Positions 46,014 to 55,992 of a stretch of 64,000 bases of DNA are shown here, in pieces; within the stretch, counting starts at the first letter, position 1; every line of letters begins with the position of its first letter. Made by a program: the position numbers and the translations under genes. The notes under the pieces were generated by a model. The model was not told the DNA's origin, did no database searches, and worked only from the letters and a program-made list of their open reading frames with translations. The DNA is from an uncultured Eubacteriales bacterium (GTDB lineage: Bacteria > Bacillota > Clostridia > Christensenellales > Aristaeellaceae): contig CADBCX010000008.1 of NCBI GenBank assembly GCA_902793245.1, forward strand, positions 155-64,154. Direction: 5' to 3'.

Positions 46014-47789
46014 TTAGAACGCGGCCGGCGCGGTGACCAGAAGCCGCCAGAGAGAGCCGGGATAATTCCGCGCCATGCGGGGATCGGTGATGGGGATTTC
46101 TTCGGCTTCCGCTGTCATCCCTTCGGGAAGGAGCAGACGGATCGCGCCGGAAAGCACCTGTCCTTTTTCCATCACCGGTTTGTTTCGCAGCATGAATACC
46201 CAGGTGACGGGCTGAGATTGCGTGCAGTTGACTGTATCATGCAGCGTCAGGGTGTTTTCCGATAGCTGGAATTCCCGTTTGAGTGTTTTCAGGCCTACCG
46301 CGTCATACGCCTTGCAGATATACAGGCGCAGGCCGTCGGGCATCCATTTGACTGCTTTCGCCTTGTGCTCTCTGCCCGGCTGCTGTTCCTGGCCGCCGAC
46401 GAGGGGCAGGTTGTGGTAGGCGCTGCGGGTGTGCCACAGGGTGTAGCGCTGGTCAGAAAAGGTTTTGGCGGTGTATACCGCGTTGCCTGCGTCCACGATC
46501 TGGGGCGTCCCGTCCACGAACAGCATGAAGGAGCCCACGTCGTTGTGGTTGTGGTTTTCGCCGTTATTGCCGCCCTTGCAGCAGAGGGTCATGCCCCCTT
46601 TTTCCAGCACGCGCACCTGCAAATCGGGCAGCCACACATCCTTTTCCTGTTTGGGCGGCGCTTCCATGGCGACAGCGGGATGGAACAGCATCCGCAGCAG
46701 GCGGGTGAAGTGGGGCGTGTCGTTCAGCTGGTCGGCTAACGTTCCGCGCATCCGCAGACCCAGGGCGGTGAGGGCAGGCTCTTCCAGCTTTTCCCCCGCC
46801 AGTTGCAGCCGTTCCCCGGAGAGAAAGGGCCGGGCGTCGCAGTCGGCGAAGTTCATGAACCAGCCGTTGCCGATCTCCGCTTTCAGGGGGAACAGCAGAA
46901 TCTTCCTGATTTTTTCCTCATTCCAGAAGCGCAGCCTGCCGCCTGTGACCGTTTCCATCAGCTCCAGGCAGTCCAGCAGCGCGCCGCCCGCCATGTTCCA
47001 GTATCCCGCGCCCTCGTCGCAGCCACCGTCCTCCGGCACACAGGCAAGCCAGCGGTCAAGAAACGCGCAGGCGCGGTCAAATGCAACGGTCAGTCCATCC
47101 TGGCTGATATAAGGATGCAGAAAAAAGCAGACCAGGATATTGGAGACGATCCAGGGCGTCCAGTTGTTCAAATCCTTCCGCGTATTCCCCATCCACCAGC
47201 ATTCGTCATCATGAAGGAAGGGCGAAGCGATGCGCCGATCCATTTCCTCCACAATCCGGAGAGACAATTGCGGAACGGTTTTGAACCGTTCTCCCAGCAG
47301 GTGCAGCGTCAGGGCCAGAATCATCCCGGTCTGGGCGGCGAACAGGTCGATATAATCATCCATCCGGGGCAGGGGATCATCCTTTGCCGCGGGCGCTCCG
47401 GGAATGGGGTTGATGTTGTGGGCGGAAATGACCCAGGTGCTTTCCTCGCAGATGCACCACACCCCGTCGATCACATCATCCAGCGGCGCTTCGGGATGCA
47501 GGCAGCAGTCCAGCACCGCCGCGCACAGCTTCCGCCGCCGCAGAAAATACGGTTCCTCATCCGCCCGGCGGCTGCCGGCGCGCACGAAGGCCATGAAATC
47601 CGTGGCCTTGCGCATGGGGTATTCCACCGCCCTGTACCGGGCGATCAGCGCTTCCAGCTGCTCTTTGTCGGCGTCGGAAATGCTGTCCCAGGCTGCCCGG
47701 TTTTCCGCGGGCGGAAACAGGGCGGCCATCTTTTTCTTGCTGAACCGCTGGATGGGATGCTTTTTCAGATATTCAGAAAGCATATTCAT
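46014..47789 (-). CDS. heparinase II/III-like polysaccharide lyase family protein, no signal peptide
   Basis: NHNHNDVGSFMLFVDGTPQIVDAGNAVYT...YHNLPLVGG resembles the heparinase II/III C-terminal domain. Confidence 0.7.
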   Translation of the reverse strand: MNMLSEYLKKHPIQRFSKKKMAALFPPAENRAAWDSISDADKEQLEALIARYRAVEYPMRKATDFMAFVRAGSRRADEEPYFLRRRKLCAAVLDCCLHPEAPLDDVIDGVWCICEESTWVISAHNINPIPGAPAAKDDPLPRMDDYIDLFAAQTGMILALTLHLLGERFKTVPQLSLRIVEEMDRRIASPFLHDDECWWMGNTRKDLNNWTPWIVSNILVCFFLHPYISQDGLTVAFDRACAFLDRWLACVPEDGGCDEGAGYWNMAGGALLDCLELMETVTGGRLRFWNEEKIRKILLFPLKAEIGNGWFMNFADCDARPFLSGERLQLAGEKLEEPALTALGLRMRGTLADQLNDTPHFTRLLRMLFHPAVAMEAPPKQEKDVWLPDLQVRVLEKGGMTLCCKGGNNGENHNHNDVGSFMLFVDGTPQIVDAGNAVYTAKTFSDQRYTLWHTRSAYHNLPLVGGQEQQPGREHKAKAVKWMPDGLRLYICKAYDAVGLKTLKREFQLSENTLTLHDTVNCTQSQPVTWVFMLRNKPVMEKGQVLSGAIRLLLPEGMTAEAEEIPITDPRMARNYPGSLWRLLVTAPAAF

Positions 47790-49033
47790 TCTCCCTTTGT
47801 AGGTTTCTTCGCCTGATGGTTGCGGTTGGGCCCCCGCAGAAAATCGCCTGCTGACGCGGAATGGGGGAGGGGGATGATCACCCGCTGGCCCGCGATGGAA
47901 ACCGTGTCCCGCCGTTCGCCGGTATCGGCCAGGGTGATGCTTTCCACCCGGAAGGGGACGGAACCCGCCGGGCAGAGCAGTTCCAGCGTGTCGCCCACAT
48001 AAAAGCGGTTTTTCAGCTGCACCGTGGCCTGGCCCTCCTGCCAGCTTTCCACCCGGCCGACGAACTCCATCTCCTGGGTGAACCCGGCGGCTCCCGCCAT
48101 GGGGGAGGGCGGGCTGAAGTAAAAGCCCGTGTTGAAGGCCCGGTGGCTGGCTTTCAGCAGTTCCCCTTCCAGTTCCGGCAGCAGGGCGCGGTAGGTTTCC
48201 TCGCTTTTTGCCAGCGCGTCCAGGGCCCGGCGGTACGCGCCGACGACGGTGGCGACGTAGTATTCCGTTTTCATCCGCCCCTCGATTTTCAGGCTGCTGA
48301 TACCTGCCCCAATCAGTTCGGGCAGGTGGGACAGCATGTTCAGGTCGTAGGCGGAGAGCAGGTAGGTGCCGCGCCCGTCCTCCTCAATGGGCCAGTACTC
48401 GCCGGGCCGCTTCTTCTCCACCAGGGCATACTCCCAGCGGCAGGGCTGGGCGCAGGCCCCCCGATTGCCGCCCCGGCCCGTCAGGTGGTCGGACAGCATG
48501 CAGCGCCCGGAATAGCTCATGCACATGGCCCCGTGGACAAATGCTTCCAGCTCCAGCGCTTCGGGCAGCTGCTTTCTCAGCGCGCCGATGCGTTCCAAAG
48601 AAAGCTCCCGGGCCAGCACGATGCGTTCCGCGCCGCGGTCAAAATAAAACCTTGCGGCCTCGGCGTTCAGGGTGTTGGCCTGGGTGCTGATATGCAAAGG
48701 CAATTCCGGCACTTCCCGCCGCAGCATCAGGAACGCGCCCAGGTCGCTGACCAGCGCCGCGTCCACGCCCAAATCGCAGGCCCGCCGGGCGGCGTCTTTC
48801 AAAGCGTCCATCTCGTCCTGGTAGGGCAGGATGTTCAGGGTCAGATAAAACTTTTTGTTCCGGCTGTGCAGGTATTGCAGGGCTTCTTGCAATTCTTCCC
48901 AGGTGAAGTTGCCGGCGAAGGCCCGCAGGCCGAACGCGGGCAGCGCGCCGTATACCGCGTCGGCCCCGAAGCGCGCGGCGGCCTTCAATTGCGCCATGCC
49001 CCCGGCGGGGGCCAGCAGTTCAGGCAGGTTCAT
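47786..49033 (-). CDS. peptidase U32 family protein
   Basis: ELLAPAGG...AVYGAL...HISTQANTLN...EAFVHGAMCMSYSGRCMLS...CAQPCRW are canonical U32 motifs. Stop overlaps the next start. Confidence 0.85.
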   Translation of the reverse strand: MNLPELLAPAGGMAQLKAAARFGADAVYGALPAFGLRAFAGNFTWEELQEALQYLHSRNKKFYLTLNILPYQDEMDALKDAARRACDLGVDAALVSDLGAFLMLRREVPELPLHISTQANTLNAEAARFYFDRGAERIVLARELSLERIGALRKQLPEALELEAFVHGAMCMSYSGRCMLSDHLTGRGGNRGACAQPCRWEYALVEKKRPGEYWPIEEDGRGTYLLSAYDLNMLSHLPELIGAGISSLKIEGRMKTEYYVATVVGAYRRALDALAKSEETYRALLPELEGELLKASHRAFNTGFYFSPPSPMAGAAGFTQEMEFVGRVESWQEGQATVQLKNRFYVGDTLELLCPAGSVPFRVESITLADTGERRDTVSIAGQRVIIPLPHSASAGDFLRGPNRNHQAKKPTKGE

Positions 49034-49257
49034 TTTCTCCTCCAAATAGTAAAAGCATGTTTGTCAAGGTGCGGCAGCTATGCATTATCATACCATACGG
49101 ATGCGCCGCTGTCCACCGCAAAAAACTTCATGCACCAAGCGGAATGATACGATTCCCGCTTCGTTTCCTGAACAGCGGCGCCGCGTCCGGGACGATTTAC
49201 ATTCCGCCCAAAATGTGATAGGATGGAAACGAAAAAGCATCGGAAGGAGAAAAGGCC

Positions 49258-51682
49258 ATGCGACAGAAAACCGCGGGCAACGCAGCGCGCCTTCTGCTGT
49301 GCGCAGTCCTTTGCCTGCTGTTCTGCGTCCCCGCGGACGGGCAGAGCGAAAATAACAAACGGGTCACCCCGGATGGGGAATTCGCATGGTATTACGCTGC
49401 CTTCGGGGCGAACGCGGACAAGAAAAACAACGGCTATGTGGGCAACGCCAATACGGGCCTCCTCCGCCTGTACTCCCTGCATAAAAAAGGAAAGCTGGTG
49501 AAGGATTCCAATGACGGCGTGGCTTTCTACTATACGAAAATCAATCCGGAGAAAACGAATTTTTATCTTGCCGCCACGGTGGAAATCAACAGCTGGACCT
49601 ATACGAACGGGCAGGAAGGGTTTGGCCTGATGGCCGCGGATACCGTTGGCAAAAACGGGAACCCGCAGCACTTCTGGAACAATTCCTATATGGTCGCGCT
49701 GACCAAGGTGGATTACAAATCGGACGGCCAATCCATCCATATGAAGCTGGGGGTGGCCGCCCAGGAAAAGCGGGGCGTTACTCCGGACATCCTCAATGGC
49801 TCCGGGGAACTGGCAAACCCGGACGCATTTGTGAACCGCCTTTTCCCGCTGGACGTTTCATGCGCGGCCCTGGGTTCCGGCACCTATAATCTGGCTGCGC
49901 GCTACACCAACGATCCCGCCCCGGAAGGAACCGTAGCCGAACCTCGCGCCTCTTTTGATATGAGCATCCTCAAAAACAGCGAAGGCTATACCGTCAGCTA
50001 CATCGACCCGGAGGGCAAAACCACAGCCCACCGCTTCGACGACCTGGAGGCCCTTCGCCAGCTGGATCAGAAGCACATCTATGTGGGCCTGTTCGCCGCC
50101 CGCAACATGGACGTTACGTTCCGCAATGTCCGGATGATCACCTTCGATGCGGAAAAAGACACGCCGCCTGCTGCCGCGATCAAACCGCGGTATCAGGTAT
50201 TGTCCGCGGACATCGCCAACGGAGAAAACCACACGCTGGTGTATCAGGGCAACTTTAACGGCGCGCTGACGGTAAGCGGCGCCGACGGCGAAACGCTTTT
50301 CAGGGGGCCTGCGGCGGCCGGTGAAAGCCTGCGGATCCCGGTATCCCTGGGGGAGGGGGAGAACATCTTTTTCCTTACCGCGGAGCCCGATCCCGAACGA
50401 CCTGCCGCCGAGTATACGGTCCTCACGGAACCGGGGCCCTTTTCCATCGTCCATACCGTTACCCGCCGAACCAATCCGATGCCGGTGGTTTACGTCAGCC
50501 CCACCGCGGGCGCGGATGGGGACGGCACCCGGGAAAAACCCATGACGATTGAAAACGCGGTTCGCTTCCCCGCGCCGGGCCAGCAGATTTACCTGATGGA
50601 AGGCGTCTACACGCTGGAAGACAGGCTGGTGATGGAATGGGGCATCGACGGAACGGAAGGCCAGCCCATCCGCCTGTGGGCTGATCCCGAAGCAAAAACC
50701 CGCCCTTTGCTGAATTGCGCTGGCAGGGACGCCCGGGTGATTCTGGCAGGCAGCCGCTGGCACCTGAAAGGCTTTGACGTGACGGGAACCAGGAGCGGCG
50801 TGCCCGGGCTTCTGGTCTCAGGCAGTGATAACCTGATTGAGGATATATGCGCCTATCGAAACGGGGACACCGGCATCCAGATCAGCTGCTATAAAAGCAC
50901 CGACACCCGGGAAGAATGGCCTTCCCATAACCTGGTGCTGAACTGCACCTCATACGGAAATGCCGACAGCGATTATGACGACGCGGACGGCTTCGCCGCG
51001 AAATTGACCTGCGGGGAAGGAAACGTGTTTGACGGCTGCGTGGCCTTCTACAATTCCGACGATGGCTTTGACCTGTATGCTAAATACGAATTTGGCGCCA
51101 TCGGCCGGGTGACCATTCGGAACTGTGTGGCGTATAAAAACGGATATGTGCTGGAGGACGGAAAGGAAATCGAGGCGGGAGACGGCAACGGCTTCAAGCT
51201 GGGCGGAGAAAGCTTTTCCGGCAAGCCGCTGCTCGCCAACAGCGTTGCCTTCGGAAACAGAGCGTATGGCATTGATTCCAATTCCTGCCCTGACGCGCGG
51301 ATAGAAAACTGCACCGCCTACGAAAACGGCAGCAGGAACGTGATGCTGTACACCACCCTGGGATTGAAAACAGATTTTGAAGTCAGCGGCGTGCTGTCTT
51401 TTCGGAGAAAAAAACAAATCAGCGATTATATCAGGCGGCCAGGATCCTTCCGAGATCTATAAGCCGACCAATTATTTTTATGACAATCATCAATCCGCCA
51501 ATTCGGAAAAAACGAAGGTAAACAAGGCCTGGTTCGTTTCCCTGGATATGGATGCCGCCATTCACGGCGGCGTCACCCGGAACCCGGATGGCACCGTGAA
51601 TATGAACGGATTTCTGGAATTGACCGAAGCGGCGCCGAAGGATACCGGCGCGCGCTTTCCCGCGGTTTTCGAGGGCCGGTGA
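49258..51682 (+). pseudogene. secreted right-handed beta-helix (pectate-lyase-like, PL9-type suspected) protein interrupted by a frameshift at an A7 run
   Basis: The 49258-51462 frame ends 16 codons after A7 (51408-51414). The +1 frame (51377-51682) continues without its own RBS. Beta-helix repeats (NLIEDICAYRNGDTGIQIS, NCVAYKNG, NSVAFGNRAYGID). Confidence 0.65.
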
Positions 51683-51808
51683 TGCGCCGTTGGGCTGATC
51701 CGGAATACAGCGGCATCGTCGCCTCACAGCAAAAGATCAGGGCTAGCCTCCCGTTCTTCACAGAAGGCAAGCCCTGCAGACTGTCGGCAAAGTCCCTGGG
51801 ATGATTGT

Positions 51809-53206
51809 TTATACGACTTTTCCGGGATTCAGAATCCCGTTGGGGTCGAAGGCGGCTTTGATGCCGCGCATCAATTGCATTTGCTTTTCGCCGACGCTTT
51901 CCCGCAGGAAAGCTTTTTTCGCGTGGCCGATGCCGTGCTCGCCGCTGACCTCGCCGTCCATTTCCCGGGCGAGATCATAGAGCTGGTTCATGACGGAAGC
52001 AACCTTCTCCTTCCATTCGTCCTCGGGCAGGTCGTCCCGGCAGACGTAGATATGCAGGTTGCCGTCCCCGGCGTGGCCGAAGGAACGGATGCGCACCTGG
52101 GCTTCTTTTCCGATTTCCACCGTGCGGCGGACAAAGGCGGGAATCACGTCCCGGGGCACCACCACGTCGCACTCGTCCATGGTGGAGGTGCTGCCCTTGA
52201 TGGCTTCCAGGAACGCGCCGCGGGCGTTCCAGATGCTTTCCTTGCGCTCGTCGGTGTCGGCCAGCAGCACATCCCGGGCCCCGATGGACAGGGCCAGGTC
52301 GGTCAGCGTGTCGATGGCGGGCTGCAGGGCTTCCGCGCTGGGGCCGTCCAGGCGCACCAGCAGGTAGGCGTCGGCGCTGGTGTCGGGGAACTGCTTGCCC
52401 AGGTAGGTTTCCGCGCAGGAGATGACCTCCCGCTCCATGAACTCCACCGCCGTGGGGTCGCAGCCGCAGGACAGCACCTGCGGCACCGCGCCGATGCAGG
52501 CGTCCAGGTCGTCAAAGGGCATGAGCAGCGACAGGTTCACTTTCGGTTCGGGAATCAGCTTCACGGTCAGCTTGGTCAGGAACCCCAGCGTTCCTTCGCT
52601 GCCGATCATCAGGTCGATCAGGCTGTAGCCGGAGGAGGTCTTGACAGTCTTGCCGCCCAGCTGAATCAGGCTGCCGTCCGCCAGCGCCACTTCCATGCCC
52701 AGCACGTAGTCCCGCGTGACGCCGTAGCGCACGGCCCGCATGCCGCCCGCGTTGGTCATGGCGTTGCCGCCCATGGTGGCGGTTTTCTCGCCGGGGTCGG
52801 GGGGATAGAACAGGCCGGTGCCCTCCAGCGCTTTGGGGAATTCCATCAGCAGCACGCCGGGCTCCACGGTGGCGGTCATGTTGCGGGTGTCCACCTCCAG
52901 CACCTTTTTCATTTTCTCGGTGCTCAGCACCACGCCGCCGTGAATCGCCACGCAGCCGCCGCAAAGCCCGGTGCCGGCGCCCCGGGGCGTGACGGCGATA
53001 TGGCGCTCGTTGCAGTATTTCAGCACCGCGCAGATTTCCTCGGCGGTCAGCGCCTGCAAAACGGCTTCCGGCAGGAAGTGGCCGTACTCCGTCATTTCGT
53101 CGTGGTCGTAGTCGGTGGAAATCTCCTCCCCGCTGAACACCCGGCCCGGCAGGAGGGAGCGGAAATAAGCCAAATCTTGTTCCGTGACGGGATTGAACGC
53201 GCTCAT
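51809..53206 (-). CDS. lctD: FAD-linked oxidase, GlcD/LctD-type (D-)lactate dehydrogenase
   Basis: FAD-binding PCMH region VTPRGAGTGLCGG. 465 aa. Overlaps the etfA stop. Confidence 0.75.
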   Translation of the reverse strand: MSAFNPVTEQDLAYFRSLLPGRVFSGEEISTDYDHDEMTEYGHFLPEAVLQALTAEEICAVLKYCNERHIAVTPRGAGTGLCGGCVAIHGGVVLSTEKMKKVLEVDTRNMTATVEPGVLLMEFPKALEGTGLFYPPDPGEKTATMGGNAMTNAGGMRAVRYGVTRDYVLGMEVALADGSLIQLGGKTVKTSSGYSLIDLMIGSEGTLGFLTKLTVKLIPEPKVNLSLLMPFDDLDACIGAVPQVLSCGCDPTAVEFMEREVISCAETYLGKQFPDTSADAYLLVRLDGPSAEALQPAIDTLTDLALSIGARDVLLADTDERKESIWNARGAFLEAIKGSTSTMDECDVVVPRDVIPAFVRRTVEIGKEAQVRIRSFGHAGDGNLHIYVCRDDLPEDEWKEKVASVMNQLYDLAREMDGEVSGEHGIGHAKKAFLRESVGEKQMQLMRGIKAAFDPNGILNPGKVV

Positions 53207-54390
53207 GCTTGCTCCTCCTTCAATTGCCGGATGAGGCGCGGCAGAATTTCATACAGGTCGCCCACGATGGCGACGTGCGCCACCTGGAAGATGGGGGCGT
53301 TTTCGTCGGTGTTGATCGCCACGATGTGGTCGCTGCCGTTCATGCAGGCGGTAAACTGAATCGCCCCGCTGACGCCGCAGGTGATGATGAGCCGGGGGCG
53401 GACGGTGCGGCCGGACAGCCCGATCTGCCGGTCATTGGTGGCCCAGCCCTTTTCCACGAGGGGGCGGGAGGTGGCCCAGTCGCCGCCCAGCAGCGCGGCC
53501 AGCTCCTTCACCATTTCCAGGTCGGCTTCCTTTTGCAGGCCGCGCCCGCCGACCACCAGGATCTCCGCGTCGGAAATGCTCTTTTTCGGCGGCACCGGCT
53601 CCACGCTGACGCAGGAGACTTTGGATTCGGAAACGCCCTTGGGAAGCTTGCGGTTCAATATCGTACCCGCCGCTTCCTCGCTGCGGACGGGCGTGTTCAT
53701 TACCTTGTAGCGCACGGTGGCGAACTGGGGCCTTGTATTGGTCGTGATGATCTGGGCCATGATGTTGCCGCCGAAAGCCGGGCGAATCTGCACCAGGTCT
53801 GTATTTTCCCGCAGTTCCAATTTCGTGCAGTCGGCGGTCAGGCCGGTATGGAAGCGGGTCGCCAGCCGGGGAGCCAGGGAACGGCCCAGGCTGGTGGCCC
53901 CTACCAGCACCACGGAGGGATGGGCGAACTTGATATAGTCCTCCACGCAGGCGGCGTAAGCGTCCGCCCGGAAATAGGACAGGGCTTCGTCGTCGTACAC
54001 GGCGACCTCGCTCACGCCGTAATGCCGCAGTTCTTCCGCGAAGGCGGAAACGTTGCTGCCGACCAAGACCGCTTTCACAGCAAAGCCCACCGGCCCGGCC
54101 AGCTCCTTCGCCTTGCCGATCAGCTCCAGGGACACGGGATGCAGCCGCCCGCCGTGGGCTTCGGCAAATACCAGGATGTCCTTCCACTTGGTTTTATCCA
54201 CGGAATCCACCTTGGTTTCCAGCTTGACGATGGCCTTCTCCGGGCAGCTCTTCACGCAGATGCCGCACACCTTGCAGGCGGCGTTCAGGTCGGGCCTGCC
54301 GTCCTTCATGTCGATGGCGCTGAAGGGACAGTTCTTCGCGCAGAGGCCGCAGCCCGTGCATTTTCGTTCCAGGATTGCGATTTTTGCCAT
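53203..54390 (-). CDS. etfA: electron transfer flavoprotein alpha subunit with N-terminal 2x[4Fe-4S] ferredoxin domain
   Basis: CTGCGLCAKNCP and CKVCGICVKSCP motifs, followed by the EtfA fold (GGRGL...SRPLVEKGW...QIGLSGRTVRP). Confidence 0.9.
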   Translation of the reverse strand: MAKIAILERKCTGCGLCAKNCPFSAIDMKDGRPDLNAACKVCGICVKSCPEKAIVKLETKVDSVDKTKWKDILVFAEAHGGRLHPVSLELIGKAKELAGPVGFAVKAVLVGSNVSAFAEELRHYGVSEVAVYDDEALSYFRADAYAACVEDYIKFAHPSVVLVGATSLGRSLAPRLATRFHTGLTADCTKLELRENTDLVQIRPAFGGNIMAQIITTNTRPQFATVRYKVMNTPVRSEEAAGTILNRKLPKGVSESKVSCVSVEPVPPKKSISDAEILVVGGRGLQKEADLEMVKELAALLGGDWATSRPLVEKGWATNDRQIGLSGRTVRPRLIITCGVSGAIQFTACMNGSDHIVAINTDENAPIFQVAHVAIVGDLYEILPRLIRQLKEEQA

Positions 54391-54406
54391 ATCTGCGAAC
54401 CTCCTC

Positions 54407-55186
54407 TCAGATAAACTTCCACTTTTTCAGCTGATCGTGAAGCTTTTCCGCGCAGTCCCCGCCCGTCCAGACCTCATGCTCCACGTCGTTTTCCGGCGGG
54501 AAAATGCGCTCCACCTGGGTGGGGCTGCCGGATAAGCCGTAGTGGCTTTCGTCGGTGTCCAGGAAGGAATCCAGCCCCTGCACGTGAATCGGCCTGTCCT
54601 TCACCTGCCGCGCCGTTTTCAGCGAGGGCAGGCGGGGCATGTAAATGTCCTGCTCCACGGTGATGAGGCAGGGAAAGGGGATATGCACCGTTTCCACCAC
54701 ATCCTGCAATTGCTGTTCCGCGTCCACGCCGTCGCCGCTGACCGTGAGCTTTGACACCCACGCGGCGTGGGGAATGCCCAGGTGTTCTGCGATGGCGGGG
54801 CCCACCTGGGCGGTATCGCCGTCGGTGGTCTGGCGACCGCAGAGAATCAGGTCAAAGTCGCCTACGCTGCGGATGGCCTGGCTGAGGGTATAGCTGGTAG
54901 CCAGCACATCCGCGCCGCCTAAGCGCCGGTCGGAGAACACATAGCCCTCGTCCGCCCCCATCATGTAGGCTTCCCGGATGATGGCCTGGGCCTGGGGCGG
55001 GCCCATGGTGCCGACAGTCACGCTGCCGCCGTGCCGCTCCCGCAGGCGCAGGGCGGTTTCCAGGGCGTACAGGTCATAGGGGTTCATTTTGCTCTGTACG
55101 CCGCCGCGCTTCAGCACGCACGTTTTTTCGTCCACCTGCACCTTGTTCGTGGCGGGCACCTGCTTGATGCAGACAAAAATGCGCAA
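54407..55186 (-). CDS. etfB: electron transfer flavoprotein beta subunit
   Basis: RIFVCIKQVPATNKVQVD. TTG start at 55186, 8 nt after AAGGAGG. Confidence 0.85.
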   Translation of the reverse strand: MRIFVCIKQVPATNKVQVDEKTCVLKRGGVQSKMNPYDLYALETALRLRERHGGSVTVGTMGPPQAQAIIREAYMMGADEGYVFSDRRLGGADVLATSYTLSQAIRSVGDFDLILCGRQTTDGDTAQVGPAIAEHLGIPHAAWVSKLTVSGDGVDAEQQLQDVVETVHIPFPCLITVEQDIYMPRLPSLKTARQVKDRPIHVQGLDSFLDTDESHYGLSGSPTQVERIFPPENDVEHEVWTGGDCAEKLHDQLKKWKFI

Positions 55187-55220
55187 TGCTTTTTCCTCCT
55201 TCTCTGTTTGGAATGATAAA

Positions 55221-55250
55221 CCAAAACCTTCCCTTTTCAGGGAAGGCAAA
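55221..55250 (-). terminator. solo hairpin related to the ends of the composite palindromic element
   Basis: CCAAAACCTTCCC-TTTTCA-GGGAAGG, flanked by A/T runs, between livF and etfB. Confidence 0.45.
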
Positions 55251-55263
55251 AAATCCCAAGTGA

Positions 55264-55992
55264 TTATGAGCCTAAGTACGCTTTCTGAACCGCGTCGTTG
55301 TGCAGCAGTTCAACAGCCTGGCCCTGCATGGTGATCATGCCGGTTTCCATCACGTAGGCGCGGTTTGCCACGGCCAAGGCCATTTGGGCGTTCTGCTCCA
55401 CCAGCAGGATGGTGACGCCGGACTCATGCAGTTCGGTGATGATATCGAAAATCTGCTCCACCAGGATGGGAGCCAGGCCCATGGAAGGCTCGTCCAGCAT
55501 CAACAGGCTGGGGCGGGACATGAGCGCCCGGGCCATGGCCAGCATCTGCTGCTCGCCGCCGGACAGGGTGCCGGCGATTTGCTTTTCACGCTCTTTCAGC
55601 CGGGGGAAGCGCTGGAACATCTCGTCCAGGGAGGCGGGGATTTCGGCGGGGTCGCGGCTGTACGCGCCCATCTCCAGGTTTTCCTTCACCGTCATCTGCT
55701 GGAAAATGCGCCGTCCCTCGGGGCACAGGCTCAGGCCCTTGGGCACGATCTTGCTGGCACCCAGGCCGTTGAGCACCGTGCCCTGCAGTTCCACCGTGCC
55801 CTGCCGGGGCTTGAGCAGCCCGGCGATGGTATTCAGGGTGGTGGATTTGCCCGCGCCGTTCGCGCCGATCAGGGTCACGATTTCTTTTTCATAGACTTCC
55901 AGGGAAATGCCCTTGATGGCGTGGATGGCGCCGTAGTACACATGCAGGTCGGTGACCTTCAGGAGGGGGGATGCCTGCTTGTTTTCGCTCAT
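55264..55992 (-). CDS. livF: branched-chain amino acid ABC transporter ATP-binding protein
   Basis: GANGAGKSTTLN, LSGGEQQML. Overlaps the livG stop. Confidence 0.9.
   Translation of the reverse strand: MSENKQASPLLKVTDLHVYYGAIHAIKGISLEVYEKEIVTLIGANGAGKSTTLNTIAGLLKPRQGTVELQGTVLNGLGASKIVPKGLSLCPEGRRIFQQMTVKENLEMGAYSRDPAEIPASLDEMFQRFPRLKEREKQIAGTLSGGEQQMLAMARALMSRPSLLMLDEPSMGLAPILVEQIFDIITELHESGVTILLVEQNAQMALAVANRAYVMETGMITMQGQAVELLHNDAVQKAYLGS

Noticed and set aside
51377-51682. The 101-aa ORF as an independent gene
   Set aside because: It starts inside the preceding gene with no RBS. Its reading frame joins the upstream frame by a 1-nt change in an A7 run. I interpret it as the displaced C-terminus of the beta-helix protein.
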